Below the pieces are notes generated by a model. That model worked only from the letters and a program-made list of their open reading frames with translations. It was not told the origin of the DNA and did no database searches. Below, one piece after another: positions 16,280 through 25,006 of a stretch of 26,119 nt of DNA (the stretch's first letter is position 1; every line of letters begins with the position of its first letter). Both the position numbers and the translations under genes were made by a program. This DNA comes from an uncultured Fidelibacterota bacterium (GTDB lineage Bacteria > Fidelibacterota > Marinisomatia > Marinisomatales > UBA1611). The DNA lies in NCBI GenBank assembly GCA_913040915.1, contig CAJWHW010000027.1, positions 1 through 26,119 on the forward strand, in the 5' to 3' direction.

Positions 16280-19200
16280 ATGAAAAACCACCTAATTATA
16301 TCCGTACTACTTTTTTCTTCAGGGTTTACCCAGAATAGTGGTGATAGTGTAATCTTTTTCCAAAATGAAAACTATATTGGGGACTTAATCGCTGGTAAAA
16401 AAGAAGGGAAAGGGACCTTTACTTATCCTAATGGTGACACCTATATTGGTGAATTCAAAAATAATTTATTTCACGGTCAAGGTATTCTTTATTTTACTGG
16501 CGGGGAACGCTATGAAGGTGAATGGATAAATGGAAAAAAAGAAGGTCAGGGGACTTATTTTTATCTCTTTGGAAAAACCTATAAAGGCAGTTGGAAAAAT
16601 GATCAAAAAGACGGCTATGGTACCTACACCTACCAATTTGGCGAGAGTTATGAAGGTGAATGGAAAAATGATATTCAGGAAGGTCAGGGCACTTTTAATG
16701 ATACCAATGGAAATATCTATATGGGAGATTGGGTAGATGGAGATATGGAAGGTACTGGAATTTATATTTTTAGCGGGGGTAATATATATGAAGGTGAATT
16801 TTTAGCTGGTAAAAAACATGGGAAGGGAACTTTTAAATATGCCAACGGGGATAAATATGTAGGAGAGTTTGAAGATGGTCATATGGAAGGCCGGGGTATT
16901 TATACGTTTCAAAATGGTAATATTTATGAGGGTGAATGGGAAAATGATATGAGTACCGGCATGGGACTTTATACCTTTAAAAATGGGAATTCCTATAAAG
17001 GTATGTTTAAAGATGGTAAAAGAGATGGAAGGGGTACATTCGTTTACTCAGATGGTGAAAAATATGTAGGTGAATTTGAAGCTGGTAAAAAAGCTGGACA
17101 GGGAATTTATACATATAAAGACGGTCAAATATATAAAGGTTCATTCTGGGATGGTCAAAAAAATGGGAAGGGGGCATTAACTTATCCAAATGGCAATACA
17201 TTTGTGGGTGAATGGAAAAATGATCTGCAGGAAGGATATGGTGTGTTCACCTATGCGAAGGGCGGGAAATATGAAGGTAATTGGAAATATGGTAGAGAAA
17301 ATGGTCAAGGTACTTTTGATTACCCGAATGGAGATTATTACAAAGGTGATTTCAAAAATGGCAAAATGGACGGTGTGGGGGTCTATATTTTTAGTAATGG
17401 AAATAAATATGAAGGGCAATGGAAAGATGATAAAATGACAGGTCAGGGTATTTTCATACTAAAACATGGTGATAGGTACGAGGGATCTTTCACCAATGGT
17501 AAATTAAATGGTCAAGGTACATTTTTTTCATCGAGAGGCGATATCTATAGCGGGCAGTATGTGGATGGGAAAATGTATGGTAAAGGTATATTCACATTCG
17601 CAAGTGGAAATGAATATATTGGTTATTGGAAAGATGATAAAATGGATGGATACGGAACATTTAATTTTCTAAATGGTGATATTTATGATGGTCAATATTC
17701 GCAGGGAAAAATGAATGGCCATGGCATTTATATGTACAAGAACGGTGATAAATACGATGGTCATTGGAAAAATGATAAGAAGAATGGACTTGGACTTTTT
17801 TCTTACGAAAATGGAGATCTATATGAAGGTGAATATGTAGATAACATGATGACAGGTCTGGGCAAGTATACATTTAAAGATGGTTCTTATTATGATGGTG
17901 AATGGTTCAATAACAAAATGTTGGGTTATGGAACATATTTATATCCAAATGGAGAAAAATATTCTGGAAATTGGGCTAATGAAAAAAGAAATGGGCAAGG
18001 GACTTTTTATTATAAAAACCAAGATGTCTATGATGGTAATTGGATCAATGATAGCCGTGAGGGGAAGGGCATATTAACCTTTTCCAATGGCGAGAGTTAT
18101 GAAGGTGAATTCAAAAATAATAATTTATCCGGTAAAGGTAAGTACACGTTTAGTAATGGTGATATTTATGATGGAGATTGGAAAAAAAAGGAAAGAACTG
18201 GTCAAGGAAGGCTCACCTATACCAATGGTAACTCTTATAAAGGTCAATTCTTAAATGGAGAATTAAATGGGAGAGGCTTAATGACTTATGAGAACGGTGA
18301 TACCTATGAAGGAACTTGGAAAAATAATAAAAAGAGTGGAAGGGGAAATTATTTATACGCAAACAAAGACAAATATAAAGGTTATTGGAAAAATGATCAA
18401 AAAGATGGTTGGGGATCCATGATATATTTAAATGGGGAACGTTACGATGGAGATTGGAAAGAAGATCAAGCCCACGGACAGGGAACTTTTTATTACATCA
18501 CAGGAGAAAAATATAAAGGGTCGTGGGTTAATAATAAAAGAGAAGGTCGTGGAATCTTAACCAATAAAAATGGAGACCGTTATTTTGGAGATTGGAAAAA
18601 CGATCAAATTAATGGTAGCGGAACTTTTATTTCTACAAACGGCGATAAATACGAAGGTGAGTGGGAAAATCATAAGCGTAATGGCGTGGGAGTCATTATT
18701 TATGCTAACGGTGACCGTTACAATGGATCATGGAAGTATGGGGAAAAAACCGGACAAGGGGTCTTTCGATACAATGATGGTGACCAGTATGAAGGTGACT
18801 GGAAAAATGATAAACAGGATGGGATAGGTAAATATATTTATTCTAACGGAGATATTTATGAAGGAGAATATTCGCAAGGTATGATGCAAGGCTGGGGAAC
18901 TTATTTTCATTCCAGCGGGAATATTTATAAAGGTTATTGGGAAAATGATAAAAAAGAAGGTCAGGGTACTTTTACATATACTAATGGTGAAGAATATGAT
19001 GGTCAATGGAGTAATGACCAAATGACTGGTTTAGGCACATACACTTATTTAAACGGTGATTTTTATGTTGGCAATTTAAAAGTTGGGAAAAGAGAAGGAT
19101 TTGGTAGCATCACTTTTGCCAATGGGGAAAAATATGAAGGAATATGGAAAAAAGATAAGATGGTTGGCGAAGGGAAGTATTATTATCAAAATGGTGATAT

Positions 19201-20698
19201 CTATGAAGGTGAATGGGAAAATGACCGCAGGCATGGAAATGGTTTACTTACCTATGATAATGGAAATACTTATGATGGCAAATGGAAAAATGGCAAGCGA
19301 TATGGTGAAGGAATAATTAAGAATATAGTTGATGGATATGAATATTCAGGTACGTGGGTTAATGACCAAAAAAATGGAAAAGGCATATATTTATCTACGG
19401 TAGGAGACCAATACGAGGGTAATTTTAAAAATGGAGAGATGGAAGGAGATGGTATTTATATTTTTAATAGCGGGAACATTTATGAGGGTGAATTTTTGGC
19501 TGGAAAAAAATATGGAAAAGGTTTACTTAAATATGCTAATGGGGACAAATATGAAGGTCAATTCCAGAATGATTTTATGGAAGGCCGTGGTAAATATACA
19601 TTTCAAAATGGTGATATTTATGAAGGTGAATGGAAAAATAATAAGAAAGATGGTAAGGGAAGCATTAGTTTTATAGATGGTGAAGAATATGATGGTGAAT
19701 GGACTGATGACGAAATTGCAGGAATAGGAACATTCTCCTATTATAATGGAGATATATATATAGGGAATTGGAATGAAGGTAAAAGAGAAGGATTTGGAGA
19801 AATAACTTTTGCAAGTGGTGAAAAATATGAAGGATCTTGGGAAGGTGATAAAATGACCGGTATTGGTAAGTATTATTATTTAAATGGTGATTTTTATGTT
19901 GGAGAATGGAAAAATAACCAAAGGCATGGGAATGGTTCATTAACGTATAAAAACGGAAATATCTATGAAGGGGAATGGTTAAATGGAAAAAGAAATGGTG
20001 AGGGAATACTCAAGAACATAATAGATGGATTTGAGTATTCAGGTAATTGGACAGACGATCAAAGAAATGGAAAGGGTCTGTATATTTCTACATTTGGCGA
20101 CCAGTATGACGGAGATTTTAAAAATGGAAGAATGGAAGGGAATGGTAAATTTTTATCTTCAGTTGGAGATCTATATGAGGGTGAATGGAAAAATGATAGA
20201 ATGAATGGGTATGGGACTCTGACAGAAAATGATGGTGGAAAGTATGTAGGTGAATTTAAAGATGATTCATTTTTTGGAACTGGTTCAATGACATATCCTA
20301 ATGGAAATCTATACGAGGGTGAATGGAAAAATGGAAAGTATTATGGTCAAGGTATATTGAAGTATTATGATGGATCATTCTATAGGGGAAATTGGAAAGA
20401 TGGTAAAATGTCAGGAAACGGTTATTATTCCTATTCTAATGGGAATCGCTATGAAGGAATGTTCTCTAATAATCAGAAAAATGGAAAAGGTAAGTTCATT
20501 TATTCAAATGGCAATAAATATGTAGGTGTGTTTAAAAATGACAAAATGGAAGGCATAGGCACGTTCACTTATACCAATGGAAATCGCTATGAAGGAGAGT
20601 TTAAAGAAGGAAAAATGGAAGGAAAGGGAACTTTTATTAATGCAGAAGGGAAAAAAACTGAAGGTGTATGGAAAAATGGGAAACCACTAAAATGGTAA
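16280..20698 (+). CDS. Giant secreted MORN-repeat protein (1472 aa from the ATG at 16280)
   Basis: Tandem 23-aa repeats of consensus YEGEWKNGKxxGxGxxxYxNGDx cover nearly the whole protein. The ATG at 16280 gives a signal peptide, MKNHLIISVLLFSSGFT-Q. The track's TTG start at 16220 lies inside the upstream hairpin. Confidence 0.92.
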   Translation: MKNHLIISVLLFSSGFTQNSGDSVIFFQNENYIGDLIAGKKEGKGTFTYPNGDTYIGEFKNNLFHGQGILYFTGGERYEGEWINGKKEGQGTYFYLFGKTYKGSWKNDQKDGYGTYTYQFGESYEGEWKNDIQEGQGTFNDTNGNIYMGDWVDGDMEGTGIYIFSGGNIYEGEFLAGKKHGKGTFKYANGDKYVGEFEDGHMEGRGIYTFQNGNIYEGEWENDMSTGMGLYTFKNGNSYKGMFKDGKRDGRGTFVYSDGEKYVGEFEAGKKAGQGIYTYKDGQIYKGSFWDGQKNGKGALTYPNGNTFVGEWKNDLQEGYGVFTYAKGGKYEGNWKYGRENGQGTFDYPNGDYYKGDFKNGKMDGVGVYIFSNGNKYEGQWKDDKMTGQGIFILKHGDRYEGSFTNGKLNGQGTFFSSRGDIYSGQYVDGKMYGKGIFTFASGNEYIGYWKDDKMDGYGTFNFLNGDIYDGQYSQGKMNGHGIYMYKNGDKYDGHWKNDKKNGLGLFSYENGDLYEGEYVDNMMTGLGKYTFKDGSYYDGEWFNNKMLGYGTYLYPNGEKYSGNWANEKRNGQGTFYYKNQDVYDGNWINDSREGKGILTFSNGESYEGEFKNNNLSGKGKYTFSNGDIYDGDWKKKERTGQGRLTYTNGNSYKGQFLNGELNGRGLMTYENGDTYEGTWKNNKKSGRGNYLYANKDKYKGYWKNDQKDGWGSMIYLNGERYDGDWKEDQAHGQGTFYYITGEKYKGSWVNNKREGRGILTNKNGDRYFGDWKNDQINGSGTFISTNGDKYEGEWENHKRNGVGVIIYANGDRYNGSWKYGEKTGQGVFRYNDGDQYEGDWKNDKQDGIGKYIYSNGDIYEGEYSQGMMQGWGTYFHSSGNIYKGYWENDKKEGQGTFTYTNGEEYDGQWSNDQMTGLGTYTYLNGDFYVGNLKVGKREGFGSITFANGEKYEGIWKKDKMVGEGKYYYQNGDIYEGEWENDRRHGNGLLTYDNGNTYDGKWKNGKRYGEGIIKNIVDGYEYSGTWVNDQKNGKGIYLSTVGDQYEGNFKNGEMEGDGIYIFNSGNIYEGEFLAGKKYGKGLLKYANGDKYEGQFQNDFMEGRGKYTFQNGDIYEGEWKNNKKDGKGSISFIDGEEYDGEWTDDEIAGIGTFSYYNGDIYIGNWNEGKREGFGEITFASGEKYEGSWEGDKMTGIGKYYYLNGDFYVGEWKNNQRHGNGSLTYKNGNIYEGEWLNGKRNGEGILKNIIDGFEYSGNWTDDQRNGKGLYISTFGDQYDGDFKNGRMEGNGKFLSSVGDLYEGEWKNDRMNGYGTLTENDGGKYVGEFKDDSFFGTGSMTYPNGNLYEGEWKNGKYYGQGILKYYDGSFYRGNWKDGKMSGNGYYSYSNGNRYEGMFSNNQKNGKGKFIYSNGNKYVGVFKNDKMEGIGTFTYTNGNRYEGEFKEGKMEGKGTFINAEGKKTEGVWKNGKPLKW
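16373..20695 (+). repeat. Coding tandem array of 62 MORN units (69-nt period; two 72-nt units) plus a partial terminal unit
   Basis: From Tyr52 to Thr1480 (track numbering) is 1428 aa = 62 x 23 + 2. The two extra residues fall in the KNIVDG and KNIIDG units. Confidence 0.9.
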
Positions 20699-20738
20699 AG
20701 TCCTTACCTAAAAAAATTAAATCAATCTTGACTATTAT

Positions 20739-21593
20739 ATGCCAAAAATATTTTTCATAATAATTGCATTATTTATACTAAAAAGCTGTACTATTTTTGA
20801 TAAACCGGAAATTGACATTTCTCCAAACCAGTGGACAGGGAAAAAGATTTATTTTGTTGATTTAGATGATGACTACAAAAAGACAGCAGCTTTCAATAGA
20901 GTCTGGTCTAAACTATATGCTAAGAGATTTCATCCTTACCACCGTTTACAGCATAAACAGTTTACAATTATTGGGACTTATGAGACTTGGAAAAATGATT
21001 ATTTGATCATTCAAGATGGGAAAGGCCGTCTATTCAAAAAACTTTTTAATTTTCAAGTAGGTGATAAGCCTAACTTTCCAAGTTATATACTTTTCCATGA
21101 TATTTTAGATTCAGCTAATGCCATGATAGGTAAAACGATTTGGTTGAACAATACATTGGATTTTAAAGGTTTTTACTCATTCGCTGATTATGAATTTAAA
21201 AGATTTGAATCGGTAATTGTGGTGGATGTTCATCAATATCAAAACAGTAATCAGGATTATCCAATTTGGCTGAAAGTAAAAGCAAAAAATGGCTTGGAAG
21301 GTTTTGTCCGATTTAATGGAAAGGAGGGGCGAATTGGTATTCAAGATCATTATTACACATCTGATCCACTACCAAGAGAATGGGAAAAAAAAGTAATTGA
21401 GCTGATACAAAATAGAAAGATAAAATTAGGTATGACAGAAAGGCAATTGCGTTTAGCTATTGGCAACCCCGATGAGTTGCATCATACATCCAGCCGCCAT
21501 GGACTAAGTAAACAATGGGTTTATGGAACAAATATGGGTGAAAGGACTTATTATCAATTTGAAAATGGCAAATTGATATTTGTGAATGAATAG
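20739..21593 (+). CDS. Putative lipoprotein with a C-terminal SmpA/OmlA (BamE)-like or DUF2845-like domain, 284 aa
   Basis: Lipobox-like LFILKS-C; C-terminal IKLGMTERQLRLAIGNPD...KQWVY...YYQFENGKL. Confidence 0.7.
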   Translation: MPKIFFIIIALFILKSCTIFDKPEIDISPNQWTGKKIYFVDLDDDYKKTAAFNRVWSKLYAKRFHPYHRLQHKQFTIIGTYETWKNDYLIIQDGKGRLFKKLFNFQVGDKPNFPSYILFHDILDSANAMIGKTIWLNNTLDFKGFYSFADYEFKRFESVIVVDVHQYQNSNQDYPIWLKVKAKNGLEGFVRFNGKEGRIGIQDHYYTSDPLPREWEKKVIELIQNRKIKLGMTERQLRLAIGNPDELHHTSSRHGLSKQWVYGTNMGERTYYQFENGKLIFVNE

Positions 21594-23493
21594 AATTGTA
21601 AATGATGAGTGGGTTAATATTATTATGATTCTAAGGAAGCAATCAATTTTCAGATTATTTATTGCATTGTTAGCCTTTACTTCTTTTCCTGCGCTAGCCG
21701 AACAATTTGATTCCTTATCCTATTATGAAAAGTTTGCTTTAGCAGCCCAAAATTATGAGGTAGGTAGGTTTCGATTAGCTGAAAAGCAGTTTTCATCCAT
21801 TTTAATTCATGATAGGGATTATCGCGATCCAGCATCGCAGCTTATGTTAGCTAAAACTCAATATCGACAGGAAAAATGGGCCGAAGCGGCTCGATCTACG
21901 AAATCAATATTTTTGAATTTTCCGGGGTCTCCCTATCAATATTTTTCTTTAATTCTCATGGGAGATATTGCTTTATCGCAAGGTAAAATTAATCAGGCGT
22001 ATCAAAAATATCTATCTGTTCGTCCATGGATAAGTGATTCATTGTATTTAGCTGAAATAGATCAGCGTATTATTAATTGTATTGGCGGTGGGCTAAAGGA
22101 AGAAAAAGTCGAGGGACTTTTATTTAAGGAGAATAATGACATTAACAGATCCATCATTAATCTTTCACGGGGTTATTTAGCATGGAAAAATGGTAATAAT
22201 TATGATTTAACCTTAGCATTGAATGGTGTTGATTTGAATCAATTACCTATGAGTTTTGAGTTCATCTTCTCGAAATTGAGAAATATAAGTTTTACAGCAC
22301 AATCTGAGCCAATTACCATTGCAGTAATACTGCCTCTAACTGGTCCAAATAAAGAGTTGGGGTACTCATATCTTTTGGGACTTGCTGAATTTTTAGAGAA
22401 TGATTCTAGCGCCCATTCAATGAGATTCCTTATTTATGATACAGAAGGTAATGGTGCTAATGCGTTAAAAATAGTAAAAGCTCTGCAGACAAATCATTTA
22501 ATCGCTGGAATTTTAGGACCGCTAACCAATGAAGAAGTTTTATCAATAGCAGGGATTAATTCTACCTTACCTATTCTGGTACCAAAATCCAGCTCATTGG
22601 AGATCTCTCAAATAGCACCGCACCTTTTCTTTTTATCCCCTTCATCAAAGACTATCGCACAGCGTACTGCACAATTAATGATAAATGAATTAGGATTTAA
22701 AAATATTGCAGTTTTATCTCCGGGTGAAGGGAAATCTAAGCTTATGACAGATTATTTTCTGGAAGAATGTTATCAATTAGGAGTAAATCCTGTCGCAGTA
22801 GAGTGGTATATAGAAAATCCAGATAATATATCCAGACAATTTCAATCAATCAGGCGCACTGCTTGGAAATTACTTCCTGAAAAAGATCCCCATGAAGATG
22901 CATTGAGTTTGGTTATTGATAGTCTAGATGCACTTTTTGATGTGGATGTAGGAGATTTTTTTGAATTACCTACAGAAGAAGAAAAAATGGACAAGAAGGA
23001 TTCTTCAAAAGTTATTTTAGAAACAATAAATGCAATATATATCCCAATTCGGAGTGATGAGCTCATTTATGTTGGAACTCAATTTCCAGTATATAACTTA
23101 AAAACAACCTTATTTGGTAATCAAAATTGGTTGGATATGGAAATTTTGAATCAGGAATTAATTGGTCCTCACGTACAGGGAATGGTCATTGTATCGGATG
23201 TGAATTCTAATCTGTCTGAACAATTCGAGGATTTGTTTATTAACTATCATGCTTTAGCTTTGGATCATGCTACATTCTTACACTCAATCGTAAGTATAGG
23301 AATTACAACTCGTCGCCAATTGATGGATAAACTTAGAAATAGCGATGGATTTAATGGTAGGTATACATCAATTCGGTTTAAAGGTAAAAATTGGAATGAA
23401 AATGGTTCAACCATGATTTTAAAATATATGGGTCAATCTGTGGAAAATATTGGTGTCTACTATGGAAATATATTCAATACGGAAAATGAATGA
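21586..23493 (+). CDS. TPR + type 1 periplasmic-binding-fold protein, LpoA/LppC-like penicillin-binding-protein activator
   Basis: N-terminal TPR-like helices (LMLAKTQYRQEKWAEA, FPGSPY, LMGDIALSQG). Binding-fold motifs IAVILPLTG, YDTEG, ILGPL and AIYIP...LFGNQNW. The true start may be the ATG at 21625 (MILRKQ...PALA-E signal peptide). Confidence 0.75.
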   Translation: MNRIVNDEWVNIIMILRKQSIFRLFIALLAFTSFPALAEQFDSLSYYEKFALAAQNYEVGRFRLAEKQFSSILIHDRDYRDPASQLMLAKTQYRQEKWAEAARSTKSIFLNFPGSPYQYFSLILMGDIALSQGKINQAYQKYLSVRPWISDSLYLAEIDQRIINCIGGGLKEEKVEGLLFKENNDINRSIINLSRGYLAWKNGNNYDLTLALNGVDLNQLPMSFEFIFSKLRNISFTAQSEPITIAVILPLTGPNKELGYSYLLGLAEFLENDSSAHSMRFLIYDTEGNGANALKIVKALQTNHLIAGILGPLTNEEVLSIAGINSTLPILVPKSSSLEISQIAPHLFFLSPSSKTIAQRTAQLMINELGFKNIAVLSPGEGKSKLMTDYFLEECYQLGVNPVAVEWYIENPDNISRQFQSIRRTAWKLLPEKDPHEDALSLVIDSLDALFDVDVGDFFELPTEEEKMDKKDSSKVILETINAIYIPIRSDELIYVGTQFPVYNLKTTLFGNQNWLDMEILNQELIGPHVQGMVIVSDVNSNLSEQFEDLFINYHALALDHATFLHSIVSIGITTRRQLMDKLRNSDGFNGRYTSIRFKGKNWNENGSTMILKYMGQSVENIGVYYGNIFNTENE

Positions 23494-24182
23494 GATACTC
23501 AGGTTTGTTAGATTTTTCTCACCATCTCTCCAATCAAAATATTCTTGCTGTTTTTTCGGATAAAACATTTCCCGCAGACGGTTTGGAGGGCAGAAAAAAT
23601 TTTGCTATCCATTCAGGATTTGACCAAAATTCCCTCATCATACCAAAACAAACCCATTCAATAAATGTCACTTGTGTAAATAACCCGGGTAAAGTTTTAA
23701 ATACCGATGGTGTATTTACGATGGTTCCTACTTTGACATGTTCATTACAGGTTGCTGATTGTTTACCAATTTATTTTTCTCATAGCTCAAAAGATATTTA
23801 TGGATTGGTTCATGCAGGATGGCGTGGATTAGTTAATGGTATAATAGAAGAATCTGCAATTTTATTAAAACAGATGAATATTCCACTAATTAATATGGAA
23901 ATATTGATCGGACCTTCTATTCAAAAATGCTGTTTTGAAGTTAATGATGATGTGATTAATCAATTTGATTCAAAATTTATCCTTAAAAAAAATAATGGAA
24001 AATTTCAGATTGACCTACAAAAATTCGCGATATGGAAATTGATAGATATGGGTTTTAATTCAAAAAACATAATGAATATCCAAGATTGTACCTTTTGTAA
24101 TTCAAGCAATTATCATTCTTATCGGCGAAATGGGAAAAAAGCAGGGCGAATGATTGGTTTGATTGGGATTAATTCAAATTAA
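23490..24182 (+). CDS. pgeF: Peptidoglycan editing factor PgeF / YfiH-family purine nucleoside phosphorylase
   Basis: QTHS, ADCLPI, HAGWRG, GPSIQKCCFEV and CTFC...SYRR...GRM motifs. Confidence 0.93.
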   Translation: MRYSGLLDFSHHLSNQNILAVFSDKTFPADGLEGRKNFAIHSGFDQNSLIIPKQTHSINVTCVNNPGKVLNTDGVFTMVPTLTCSLQVADCLPIYFSHSSKDIYGLVHAGWRGLVNGIIEESAILLKQMNIPLINMEILIGPSIQKCCFEVNDDVINQFDSKFILKKNNGKFQIDLQKFAIWKLIDMGFNSKNIMNIQDCTFCNSSNYHSYRRNGKKAGRMIGLIGINSN

Positions 24183-24246
24183 CATCAATTATTAACTTTA
24201 CTAGCTTTGAAAACTCAAAATTAAATTCTAAAAAATTTTTTGACTT

Positions 24247-25005
24247 ATGACACTCATTGAAGCAATAATACTGGGTATTATTCAGGGATTTACCGAATTC
24301 TTACCTATCAGTAGCTCAGGGCATTTAGTGTTGGGGCAAGCTATTTTAGATATTGATCAACCTGGAAATGAATTTGAAATACTAGTCCATTTAGGCACAC
24401 TGGCTAGTGTAATAGTAGTCTTTTACAATGATATAACTGGTTTAATGTTTTCTATAAAAGAAAAAAGTACTCAGAAATTCATTTTATTCATTTTATTGGG
24501 TACCGTTCCTGCTGTTATTATTGGATTAGGTATGAAGGTGTTCATTAATAATCTATTTGAAAATGTTACGGTAGTGGGTTTAGCACTAATGTTCACTGGA
24601 GTTATACTTTATGGATCATCATTTATTAAAAGAAAAAATAAAGACCATAGTTTTATTAGTTCGATCCTTATTGGTTGTGCACAAGCAATTGCAATTATTC
24701 CTGGCATCTCCAGAAGCGGAATGACAATTAGTGCAGCTCTTTTTCTTGGTTTATCATCCAAAGAGTCAGCTCGTTTTTCATTTTTATTGGCAATTCCGGC
24801 CATTACTGGAGCAGGCCTATTAATTGCACTTGATTTAGATAGGGCTTTTCCGCTAACAGGGATAGTATCAATGGCCGCCTTTTTTAGTTCATTTATAATT
24901 GGTATATTAGCTTTAAAGTGGCTCTTAGGTTGGTTAGAACAAGGTAAATTTCATTATTTTGGTTTTTATTGCTTTGGAGTTGGGCTTTTAACATTGTTGA
25001 TTTAA
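24247..25005 (+). CDS. uppP: Undecaprenyl-diphosphate phosphatase
   Basis: LGIIQGFTEFLPISSSGHL and PGISRSG motifs; polytopic membrane protein. Confidence 0.97.
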   Translation: MTLIEAIILGIIQGFTEFLPISSSGHLVLGQAILDIDQPGNEFEILVHLGTLASVIVVFYNDITGLMFSIKEKSTQKFILFILLGTVPAVIIGLGMKVFINNLFENVTVVGLALMFTGVILYGSSFIKRKNKDHSFISSILIGCAQAIAIIPGISRSGMTISAALFLGLSSKESARFSFLLAIPAITGAGLLIALDLDRAFPLTGIVSMAAFFSSFIIGILALKWLLGWLEQGKFHYFGFYCFGVGLLTLLI

Positions 25006-25006
25006 A

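Noticed and set aside
16530..19940. Alternative-frame and antisense ORFs of 64-97 aa inside the MORN gene
   Set aside because: These are by-products of the repetitive AAT-GGT/GAT-GGT codon pattern, which creates off-frame ATGs. They have no independent start signals or recognisable motifs.
16373..20695. CRISPR array or DGR template/variable repeats suggested by the 69-nt periodicity
   Set aside because: The repeats are degenerate, in frame and protein-coding. There are no identical direct repeats with unique spacers and no cas or reverse transcriptase gene, and mismatches between blocks are not adenine-specific.
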